38,235 bases of DNA, taken from assembly GCA_003641695.1 (NCBI GenBank), contig QNBL01000001.1:1-38235 (forward strand). The letters are read 5' to 3'. The notes beneath the pieces were generated by a model. That model was not told the origin of the DNA. It searched no databases and worked only from the letters and a program-made list of their open reading frames with translations. This stretch comes from Spirochaetota bacterium (GTDB lineage: Bacteria > Spirochaetota > Spirochaetia > B11-G9). A program made the position numbers and the translations under genes. This document shows, in pieces, positions 8,284-16,290 of this stretch. Numbering within the stretch: position 1 is the stretch's first letter; each line of letters opens with the position of its first letter.

Positions 8284-10311
8284 ATGAAAAAAATAATACT
8301 TGGTGCAGGCATACTGATACTCCTTGGAGCGGTTCTCTTTACAGTGGTACATTTAACGACCGAAAACAGCAGCCTGCAAAATAATTTAAACAGCAGAGAG
8401 AGAGAAATCAGCTCTCTGTATTCAATTGTTCAAGAGTACAGTAAAGATATAAACGAAATACGTAAGAAACTCTCCCTGCCGGAGAAGAACTATCTGCCGG
8501 ATACGTTCAATAACACATCAGCAGACGAAAGCAAACCGGATATTGGAGAAACCAGGGAAAACGAGGATCTCCCCTTTTTCCTTGCTGCCGACAAACTTAT
8601 CACCTTTAATGTACGTCTTAATAACCTCAGGATACTTAAAAACTTTGCTGAAAGTGATGCATTGAATGCTATTTTGTTAAAAAACAGGCTCAAACTGATA
8701 AAGAACGGTGATTCCGGGTATCACCTGCTTTTAGGCGGATCTATCGCCTACACGTTGAGTATTTACAACGATTCCCCTTTGGAAGCGGCTCTATCATACA
8801 GACAAAAGGAAACTGAAAAGAAAACATTTAACCCGGTTGCAAAGGATGCCTGTAAAATTGTTGAAGAGGCGATTGATTCCTCAATACATGAGATCACAGC
8901 TTATATTGCTGAAAGTAAAGCTCTATCGGATAAATTCAGCGGTATAGTACAAGAAAAACGTGTAGCCCATACTGTGGATAAGTATGGGCTTGTAATTAAA
9001 ACCATACATACAGCGGACACCAGGGCAGTCAGAATAAGCACAAAAGACGGCAGGCTGATTTTAACGGCAAAAATGGACAAGAATAAACTTGATTTTACCC
9101 TGAACGGTGAATCCTATAACGATTTCAACCAGTTTCATTCCCGTTTTATGGAGGTACTTGATTCTTCAGACAAGCGAAGCGCTGAAGAACTGGTCATTGA
9201 AAAATCCAAAAATAAAATTATTACTGTTGCAAAAGATCCTGCCTTTATTACATACCTTAAAGAAAAAAATCTGACCTTACGTACTGAAATAAGGGACGAC
9301 AGTGATTATTACTATTTTGATTTTGTAAACAGCAGCGGCGAAAAGCAGGGATCCCTCGGTGTTCAGAAAAAGATTGGAGAGATTTATCTTTTTGATAAAG
9401 AGGATGTTGTTATTTCATCATTAAAATCCCTGACTATGAGCAGTGAGGCTGAAACGACACCTGGAAGTACTTTTATAATTCCTGATACTATCGCAGACTT
9501 TGGTGATAAGTATGGAAACAACGGCTCTTTGACTCTGCTGCTGATTGGTTCTCATGAAAAGAATGCGGACACTATTATTCTTGCAAATTTCAACAGCAGT
9601 ACCGATACAATAAAACTTATATCCATTCCCCGGGATCTTTTTTATCAGAACCGCAAGATAAATGATTACTACCGTACCGGAGGCGGAGAACTTTTTACAG
9701 AAATAATATCGGAAATTACAGGAGTTGAAATATCAGGTTACATCGGTGTGGACATGTATGCATTTATAGACATAATAAATATTCTCGGTGGAATCGATAT
9801 CGAGCTGGCAAGTGATCTTGCCGATCCAACCTACAAAATCAGGGATAATGGAGTATGGACAACTCTGTATTACTCAAAAGGGAAGCATCATCTGAACGGG
9901 CTGGAGGCTCTAAGAATTGCACGATCCAGACATACATCTTCCGATTTTGGAAGATCTGACCGACAGCAGCTAATCCTCAAGGGGGTAAAGGACAAACTTA
10001 ACGAATTAAACGTTACTGAGATGAATAAAGTTTATTCAATATTCAAAACCCTGGATGAATATCTGGATACAAACATACCCTCCATGGAGATGATTTCCAT
10101 ATTCCTGAAGTATAAAAATGCCGAAATAGAGAAGAAAGACGGACTGAGCGTTTTTAATGTCCTGTACAATACGTACAGTAATATACACAGTCTAAAAGAC
10201 AAGAGCCTGCAGTATGAGGAGGGGTTTAACAGAGGAGCATGGATTCTTCTGCCGAGAAATGATGATTGGAATGTGATAAAATGGTATATCAACGGTTTGC
10301 TTAATGAATAA
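8284..10311 (+). CDS. LytR-CpsA-Psr (LCP) family protein with an N-terminal TM anchor and a ~400-aa unknown extension
   Basis: I prefer the ATG at 8284 (MKKIILGAGILILLGAVLF, a TM segment) with GAGG upstream over the GTG at 8275. LCP core at nt ~9520-10100: LLLIGSHEKNADTIILANFN...LISIPRDL...ALRIARSRHTSSDFGRSDRQQ. Confidence 0.85.
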   Translation: MKKIILGAGILILLGAVLFTVVHLTTENSSLQNNLNSREREISSLYSIVQEYSKDINEIRKKLSLPEKNYLPDTFNNTSADESKPDIGETRENEDLPFFLAADKLITFNVRLNNLRILKNFAESDALNAILLKNRLKLIKNGDSGYHLLLGGSIAYTLSIYNDSPLEAALSYRQKETEKKTFNPVAKDACKIVEEAIDSSIHEITAYIAESKALSDKFSGIVQEKRVAHTVDKYGLVIKTIHTADTRAVRISTKDGRLILTAKMDKNKLDFTLNGESYNDFNQFHSRFMEVLDSSDKRSAEELVIEKSKNKIITVAKDPAFITYLKEKNLTLRTEIRDDSDYYYFDFVNSSGEKQGSLGVQKKIGEIYLFDKEDVVISSLKSLTMSSEAETTPGSTFIIPDTIADFGDKYGNNGSLTLLLIGSHEKNADTIILANFNSSTDTIKLISIPRDLFYQNRKINDYYRTGGGELFTEIISEITGVEISGYIGVDMYAFIDIINILGGIDIELASDLADPTYKIRDNGVWTTLYYSKGKHHLNGLEALRIARSRHTSSDFGRSDRQQLILKGVKDKLNELNVTEMNKVYSIFKTLDEYLDTNIPSMEMISIFLKYKNAEIEKKDGLSVFNVLYNTYSNIHSLKDKSLQYEEGFNRGAWILLPRNDDWNVIKWYINGLLNE

Positions 10312-11617
10312 AAAATACTGGATAGAAACATACGGATGTCAGATGAACTTTGCAGAATCAAAGGCTCTGGATTACGATTTTGATTCCAGAGGCTGGGAGA
10401 AGGCCGATTCACCCGAGGAGGCTGATCTGGTCTTGCTGAATACATGTTCAGTCCGTCAAACCGCAGAAAACCGTATTTGGGGACGAATCGGCTTCTATAA
10501 GCATCTTAAGGAAGAAAAGGATTTTGTTCTCGGGATAACTGGCTGTATGGCTGAAAGACTGAAGAAAGAAATAAAGGCAAAAGCTCCTGCAGTTGATATG
10601 GTTATTGGAAACTTCAACAAGGATATTCTTCTATCGTACCTGGAAAACCACGATAGAAACTTCTGGAACGATGATCTGGTTGAAGATCGTGAATATGCAT
10701 TCAGAGATGTTCATGTTGGGGAAAATGATTTTAAAGCACTGGTTCCGATAATGCACGGCTGTAACAATTTCTGCTCTTACTGTATTGTTCCCTACGTAAG
10801 AGGAAGGGAGGTCTCCAGATCTCCTGAATCAGTCCTGAAGGAACTGTACACTCTCGAAGAGAAGGGGATTAAGGAGGTTACCTTTCTCGGTCAGAACGTC
10901 AATTCCTACAACTACATTTATGCAGACGGCAGAAAGGTTTCGTTTACCGGTCTTTTAAGGATAGTCCTTGAAAACATAAAAGGGATTCAATGGTTCAGAT
11001 TTATCAGCTCCCACCCCAAGGACGTTCCTGAAGATCTTATTCAGATTATTGCAGATGAAGAAAGAGTCTGCAGTCATATTCATCTGGCAGTGCAGCATGG
11101 ATCTGATTCTGTCTTAAAAAGAATGAACAGAGGTTATACCAGATCCGGATTTCTGAAACTTGTTGATTTTATGAAAACAAGGATTGCCGATCTTTCTCTC
11201 ACCACAGATCTCTTGATAGGGTTTCCCGGAGAATCTCCCGAAGATCTTGCCTTAACAATAGATTTAATGGAAGAAGTCGGGTTCGACGATGCCTTTACCT
11301 ACTACTATAACCCCAGGGAGGGGACCAAGGCGTTTTCATTTAAAGATGCCCTTCCTGAAGAGGTAAAGCGTAAACGTCTTGCAGAAGTTATTGATGTCCA
11401 GCGAAAGATAAGCAGAAACATTAAACGTAAAAGGGTAGGAAAGGTTGAACAAGTTCTTGTCGAGGGTGTATCCAGAAATAACAGCAATGAACTTCTTGGA
11501 CGTACTTCCCGGAATGAAATGGTTGTTTTTCCCGCCAAAAAGGATTTTATTGGAGAATTTGCCGAAGTACTCTTGAAAGAACTGCAGGGGAATACCTACA
11601 GGGGAGTACTTGTTTGA
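10304..11617 (+). CDS. miaB: tRNA (N6-isopentenyl-A37) methylthiotransferase, radical SAM
   Basis: N-terminal UPF0004 domain (ETYGCQMN...LNTCSVR). Radical-SAM motif CNNFCSYCIVPYVRGRE. C-terminal TRAM-like end. The start overlaps the LCP stop by 8 nt (ATGAATAA). Confidence 0.95.
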   Translation: MNKKYWIETYGCQMNFAESKALDYDFDSRGWEKADSPEEADLVLLNTCSVRQTAENRIWGRIGFYKHLKEEKDFVLGITGCMAERLKKEIKAKAPAVDMVIGNFNKDILLSYLENHDRNFWNDDLVEDREYAFRDVHVGENDFKALVPIMHGCNNFCSYCIVPYVRGREVSRSPESVLKELYTLEEKGIKEVTFLGQNVNSYNYIYADGRKVSFTGLLRIVLENIKGIQWFRFISSHPKDVPEDLIQIIADEERVCSHIHLAVQHGSDSVLKRMNRGYTRSGFLKLVDFMKTRIADLSLTTDLLIGFPGESPEDLALTIDLMEEVGFDDAFTYYYNPREGTKAFSFKDALPEEVKRKRLAEVIDVQRKISRNIKRKRVGKVEQVLVEGVSRNNSNELLGRTSRNEMVVFPAKKDFIGEFAEVLLKELQGNTYRGVLV

Positions 11618-12510
11618 GAATTCGGGTTTTGTTTTTTCTTTTGGCTGCAGTTCAGATCTTTGCTCAGAGTACCAGCAGTGAAGAAAATTTTGACACCTTA
11701 ATTACCTCCGTTAAAGCTGTAGAAAGCATTGATAAAGCGATCTCGTTATTGAAAGAAAATATGCCTCAGTTGAAAATCACTTCAGAAAAGAAACAAGCCC
11801 TCCGGCTGCTGGGGGAATATGAGGAACTGAAAGGTAATTACCAGGATGCGCAAAAAGCATACAACCAGGCATTTGAATTAGAAGAGTCCGACTATAGCAT
11901 GCTGTACCGTTCGGCTCTCATGCTGCACTATATGGGAGAATACAGCAGTTCAGAGCTTAAATTACTTTCCGTTATCAGGAATTCCGGTAATAGAGAAATA
12001 ATGGAGAATTCATATCTTCTTCTTGCCAGGTCGTTCGCTGCACGGGGGGATACGGAAGGATACAATGAAGTAAAGAACCAGATTTCGAACAGCAGGAATC
12101 CACAAACCCTTTTTTTCCTTGACGGACAGCTTCAGGATTTCCCTCAATCACCTGAATACCTTCTGAAAAAAGGGGAAATACCGTTTCTGCCTGACCCTTT
12201 AGTCTCCCTCGGTATGCTTGGGAACCGTGAAGATAGAATCCAAACAAGTGAAAAAATGAACTCACCGCCGGTTAAGGAAACCGGGGAGCAGGTTTTTCTC
12301 ATTCAAACAGGTTCTTTTCTTGATAAGGAAAATGCAGAATACTTGAGCAAAGACTTAAAAGCACTGGGATTTAACTCACATGTTGAGGCACAGCAAATTA
12401 ATGGAATAACATACAACAAGGTTTTTGTTACCGCAGAGAGTGTCGAAGATGCAAAAAAGCTTATTTTAAAGCTTAAAGATAAAGGTTTTGAGGGGTACCC
12501 GATTTACTGA
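11614..12510 (+). CDS. Exported TPR-like / SPOR-domain (septal peptidoglycan-binding) protein
   Basis: TTG start inside TTGA, overlapping the miaB stop, with GGGGAG 8 nt upstream. Signal peptide MRIRVLFFLLAAVQIFA-QS. C-terminal SPOR-like module FLIQTGSFLDKENAEYLSKDLKALGF...YNKVFV. Confidence 0.8.
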   Translation: MRIRVLFFLLAAVQIFAQSTSSEENFDTLITSVKAVESIDKAISLLKENMPQLKITSEKKQALRLLGEYEELKGNYQDAQKAYNQAFELEESDYSMLYRSALMLHYMGEYSSSELKLLSVIRNSGNREIMENSYLLLARSFAARGDTEGYNEVKNQISNSRNPQTLFFLDGQLQDFPQSPEYLLKKGEIPFLPDPLVSLGMLGNREDRIQTSEKMNSPPVKETGEQVFLIQTGSFLDKENAEYLSKDLKALGFNSHVEAQQINGITYNKVFVTAESVEDAKKLILKLKDKGFEGYPIY

Positions 12511-14054
12511 TTTGCTTCTGACCCCTCAGGTTCAAGCTGTTCAATCTGTTCATACCGTATAAACGTTTCTCCTGACGGTGTAAATCCGGTAACATTTATT
12601 GAACCGGGAATAAGAACCAGAGTACGTACGATCTCCAGATCAGACTTATTAACCATGAAATCGTATTTATACGTTTCTGTTCTCACTACCTCGTGATTGT
12701 CATTAATAAACTTGAGCTGAAGTACATCAACCCCAATAGTGAACGTATAAACTCCTCCTTTATAGATATTTCCATCTTTACGCAGTTCAAATCTGGGAGG
12801 ATCAAAGTAAATCTCTTCTCCGTAATCACTTTTGTAATATCCCGTCAGGTGAGTTTCTGTATCCTGGTTTTCTCCGGCAGTATCCCGGTTAAACAGGTAA
12901 TCCTCCAGTGTTTTGTCTGTTTTAAGATACTTTCCAGACCAGTTCTTGTTTGTAGCTTTCTTGGTATTCCTCACACTATCGTCTTTATAAACAAGATTGA
13001 TAGTATTAATATCCGCTATCCTAATATACAGGGTGACCTTCAAATAAGGAACGATATCGTTTCTGCAGTTTATGATAAGGGTATTATAGAGAGTTTTTGT
13101 TGAACTTTCCCACCGGTATACTTCCTGAATGTCATTTTCAAAAAAGGTGATTTTTCTTTTATCAAGCTCAAAGAGTACCAAGGGTCCGTCAGCTTCTTCA
13201 TTCTGGGATGTTAATATCCACATGGATGACAGGAAATTTTCAAATTTGTTTTTTGTTCCCGCAAGGATTGCCCTTAATCGGGAGTCTTCTATCTGCTTCC
13301 CCGGTATCTTTTCTGTGTTTATAAGACTGAATGTCCCCTCATCGTTTCTCCAATAATAACTTTTTCTGATAATATCAAATCTGTTTTCCACTTCTGAAGA
13401 ACTTGCCGCAGCAATGACCGGGAAACTTTTCCCATTGGAAATACCGGTTTTGTATGCTTGGGATCTTTGGTTCTGCTGTATCTCAATATTCCCCTGTTCT
13501 TTCAGGGAAAGAACAGGGTTGTATGTAAGCAGGCCATAGCTGGTCTTTTGCTGATTGCGTTTCAGTATATCAAGGGTCTGGGTATCGTTACCAAAACTGC
13601 CCCTGCAGACTATCTCGAGATTATGATCTCCGGTAACATCAAGAAGGTCAAGATCAAACGAACGTACATTGGTAGCTTGGGTTTCATACTCCCAGGATAT
13701 GACATACTTGTCCCGGATTGAATCAAAATCAATGACATCAACAATTATGTGGGAATCTTCACCTTTGTTTATTTTATGGACGATTATTTGCTCGTCTTCT
13801 GTATCCAAATCCAGATTCGTCTGTATTATTGTTACAATAAACTGTCCCGGATCCATGGGAATTTTTGGAATCGGAGCTTTATCAAGATTTTCCGAATAGT
13901 TGTCCGTAGTACGTTCACTGCCGTTTTGAGTCGTTTTCTCCTGAACCACAATATTTGAGTCTGTCATCACCCTTTTGCCTGGATTTGTATCAGCATTTCT
14001 GCAGGAAACGAGAAGGATGATGATGTAGAGAGGAAGTAAAAAGAGACGTTTCAT
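12504..14054 (-). CDS. Lipoprotein of unknown function (516 aa)
   Basis: Signal peptide with lipobox LLVS-C. No motif recognised. Last gene of the VWA-nrnA operon. Its 3' end overlaps the convergent SPOR gene by 7 nt. Confidence 0.75.
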   Translation of the reverse strand: MKRLFLLPLYIIILLVSCRNADTNPGKRVMTDSNIVVQEKTTQNGSERTTDNYSENLDKAPIPKIPMDPGQFIVTIIQTNLDLDTEDEQIIVHKINKGEDSHIIVDVIDFDSIRDKYVISWEYETQATNVRSFDLDLLDVTGDHNLEIVCRGSFGNDTQTLDILKRNQQKTSYGLLTYNPVLSLKEQGNIEIQQNQRSQAYKTGISNGKSFPVIAAASSSEVENRFDIIRKSYYWRNDEGTFSLINTEKIPGKQIEDSRLRAILAGTKNKFENFLSSMWILTSQNEEADGPLVLFELDKRKITFFENDIQEVYRWESSTKTLYNTLIINCRNDIVPYLKVTLYIRIADINTINLVYKDDSVRNTKKATNKNWSGKYLKTDKTLEDYLFNRDTAGENQDTETHLTGYYKSDYGEEIYFDPPRFELRKDGNIYKGGVYTFTIGVDVLQLKFINDNHEVVRTETYKYDFMVNKSDLEIVRTLVLIPGSINVTGFTPSGETFIRYEQIEQLEPEGSEANQ

Positions 14055-14066
14055 GTACTACCAGCT

Positions 14067-15050
14067 TCAAGATGGAAAATATTCACTGAGTCTTTCTAAC
14101 ACTTTTCTTTTAATAATATCAAGAGGGTACTTACTCTTAAACCCTGCTGCCGTCTTGTGTCCTCCGCCACCGTAGGAGACTGCTATTACTGCAACATCAA
14201 TATTTCCTTTGGAACGCATTGAGCACCTGAGGATGCCCTCTTCGTTTTCCTTAAAAAACACAGAAACTTTAATAGCTTCGCTTTTTAAAGGAATATTTAT
14301 CAAGGTATCCGATTCTTCGTAAAGAGCATCGCATGCTTCAAGATCCTCTTTATACATGGTTTGAACGGCAACTCTTTGTTCATAGAAAAGTTCCAGGGAT
14401 GAAAGTATTCTTGATTGAAGTTTTAATGCAGATATTGAGTTGCTTTCGTATATTTTGGAATAGATGAAGTTGGGATACACCCCTTTTTTAACAAGCTCGT
14501 AGGCAATATTAAACGTTTTAGCTGTTGTCTTGGGATAAATAAAAGAACCGGTATCGTACACTATCCCGACAAAAAGTGCCTCTGCAATGTCATCGTCTAT
14601 TCCAACTCCCATATCAGTTATAATATCGTAGAGTATTTCACAGGTGGAGGAAGCATTGCTTTCTATATGATTGTTTTTTATTATTTCATCATCAGATTCG
14701 TGATGATCCAGTATAAAACAGCGTTTAACATGGGGTAGTATAATATCTGCAACCCCACCGATGTTTTTTATATCATTCGTATCCAGAATAAGGAGCACAT
14801 AGTCTGAAAGGTTTTCAGGAACATCGACCTCATCGAGTGTATGAACCTGTTCGGCTTCTTTGAGAAAAGAATACTTATAAGCCATGGGATCAGCATTTAT
14901 AATTATTGATTTCTTCCCGAGCTGCTTTAACAAACAGCTCATGGCACACTCACTTCCAATAGCATCCCCGTCAGGGGTTTCATGAGCAGTTATTATAAAG
15001 AGGTTATTTTGTTTGATGATCTCTTCAATCTCTTTAAATCTGTCATCCAT
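14067..15050 (-). CDS. nrnA: DHH/DHHA1 phosphoesterase (NrnA-type oligoribonuclease / pAp phosphatase)
   Basis: DHH-family motifs HETPDGDAIGS, LILDTND, LDHHES. DHHA1 motif GGGGHKTAAG. Confidence 0.85.
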   Translation of the reverse strand: MDDRFKEIEEIIKQNNLFIITAHETPDGDAIGSECAMSCLLKQLGKKSIIINADPMAYKYSFLKEAEQVHTLDEVDVPENLSDYVLLILDTNDIKNIGGVADIILPHVKRCFILDHHESDDEIIKNNHIESNASSTCEILYDIITDMGVGIDDDIAEALFVGIVYDTGSFIYPKTTAKTFNIAYELVKKGVYPNFIYSKIYESNSISALKLQSRILSSLELFYEQRVAVQTMYKEDLEACDALYEESDTLINIPLKSEAIKVSVFFKENEEGILRCSMRSKGNIDVAVIAVSYGGGGHKTAAGFKSKYPLDIIKRKVLERLSEYFPS

Positions 15051-15066
15051 CTACGGGATAATCCCC

Positions 15067-16161
15067 TTAACGGCCTTTCCTGTCTTTTTCCTCATCGTAA
15101 TCAGCCGGTTTTCTTGTTCTCAGTATAAACACAATTATAAGAAGTATCACGACCCCTGCAATTATACTATATACCAATAAAGAGCTATTTACCACAGAAG
15201 GAATTGCTATCTGATAAACTGCAGGTGAAAATGATTCACCCTCTGAGAATATAAATGATATTTCAGCATTGTAGCCTTTTTCCCTCAGAGGGACACTGAC
15301 GGAAAGAGGGATCTTCTTTTCACTATCAGGATCCAGATTCACGCTGACAGATTTTTTAAGTATATTCAAGCCTTTGTTGTAGGGTGAGGTGAGAAGAATT
15401 TTATCAATAGTTACTGTTACACCCGATTTATAATCCTTGCTGCTCAAGGTAATCTCAAGATCAGCGCTTCCATCCTTTTTAGGCTTTCCAATGCGGGGGG
15501 GGGCTTCTGCGGTTATTGTTCCTAAAAAATCACCTATACTTTTTTCTATATCTTCTGAAGAGGCGTTTTCCGGTACTTCTGAATACGATCCTGAAAGTTT
15601 TTCAGCCAATTCCTTCGCAGCTGATTCAACACCAATCCCGAGAATCTCAATCTTCCATCCTTTTTTCTGAATAATTTTGGTATTTTCAAGAAATTCATGA
15701 TTGAAAGAGTGATCAGGAGCGTAATACTTGCTTTCAGGAGGTGCTTCCTGCTTCCCGTCGGTTATAAGGAGCAGATACCTTCTCCTCCCGCCGGTTCCGG
15801 AATCAAGAGTTTCTGCAAGTTTATCCAAAGCATTGCCGATATCCGTAAAATGCCCGTCAGCCTTGATTGATTCAACAATCTCAAGTATTTTATTTTTATC
15901 CTCTCCGGAAAGAACGGTTCCTTTATTCACAACAACAGCTTTCCCGTAGAATAGAATCAGGGTAAAATTGTCCCCGGGCATCAGTATTTCCTTTACAATT
16001 TTTTCTTCTACGTATTCCTTTACGCTTTCTATCTCTTCAACCATTGAGAGAGACTTATCCAGAACGAGGTAAACATCTATATTGCTGGATCTGGTATCCC
16101 CATACATCATAAAATTTCCAAGAAAAAATAAAATAATTAAAAAAATTACTTTCTTATTCAT
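15067..16161 (-). CDS. Exported von Willebrand factor A (VWA) domain protein with a C-terminal TM anchor
   Basis: N-terminal signal/TM segment. MIDAS DxSxS motif (VLDKSLSM) plus downstream TDIGNAL and LLITDG. C-terminal [22 protein letters not shown] followed by a basic tail. Confidence 0.85.
   Translation of the reverse strand: MNKKVIFLIILFFLGNFMMYGDTRSSNIDVYLVLDKSLSMVEEIESVKEYVEEKIVKEILMPGDNFTLILFYGKAVVVNKGTVLSGEDKNKILEIVESIKADGHFTDIGNALDKLAETLDSGTGGRRRYLLLITDGKQEAPPESKYYAPDHSFNHEFLENTKIIQKKGWKIEILGIGVESAAKELAEKLSGSYSEVPENASSEDIEKSIGDFLGTITAEAPPRIGKPKKDGSADLEITLSSKDYKSGVTVTIDKILLTSPYNKGLNILKKSVSVNLDPDSEKKIPLSVSVPLREKGYNAEISFIFSEGESFSPAVYQIAIPSVVNSSLLVYSIIAGVVILLIIVFILRTRKPADYDEEKDRKGR
15495..15503. 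repeat. Homopolymeric G9 (C9 on the coding strand) tract inside the VWA gene
   Basis: Counted directly: atgc-GGGGGGGGG-cttc. On the minus strand this reads GCC CCC CCC CGC (A-P-P-R). It is the longest G/C run I found in the window; the others are 6 nt or shorter. Confidence 0.95.
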
Positions 16162-16229
16162 ATAAATACCTCTATAATTAGTTTAACATGTATATTTAAT
16201 CATCAAAAGCATAAAACAAAAAAAGATGC

Positions 16230-16257
16230 TTTACTTTTTGTGCTTCATGTTGATAAT
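16230..16257 (+). promoter_or_regulatory. Candidate sigma70-like promoter for the cfpA-like gene
   Basis: TTTACT (16230-16235), 16-nt spacer, GATAAT (16252-16257). This is ~34 nt upstream of the ATG at 16291. It overlaps the GTG at 16240, which argues against that longer start. Confidence 0.3.
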
Positions 16258-16290
16258 GTATATTTAGAGTATTTGACTAAGGAGAGTGTA

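Noticed and set aside
10032-10445. A 137-aa antisense ORF spanning the LCP/miaB junction, plus similar nested ORFs (12693-13103, 20755-21165, 32461-32826, 34807-35151, 34868-35239)
   Set aside because: All are embedded opposite genes with clear family motifs. They lack SDs and recognisable motifs, so they are most simply chance open frames.
16206-16232. The hairpin AAAGCAT-N13-ATGCTTT followed by a T-run, in the VWA/cfpA divergent intergenic region
   Set aside because: The stem is weak (7 bp, AT-rich, 13-nt loop). There is no upstream plus-strand gene for it to terminate. It overlaps the candidate cfpA -35 region and is probably fortuitous.
16240-16290. A GTG-initiated 17-aa N-terminal extension of the cfpA-like ORF, as given in the ORF track
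   Set aside because: No SD precedes the GTG. The ATG at 16291 has AAGGAG at ideal spacing. The extension would also overlap the only promoter-like element. The shorter form gives 678 aa.
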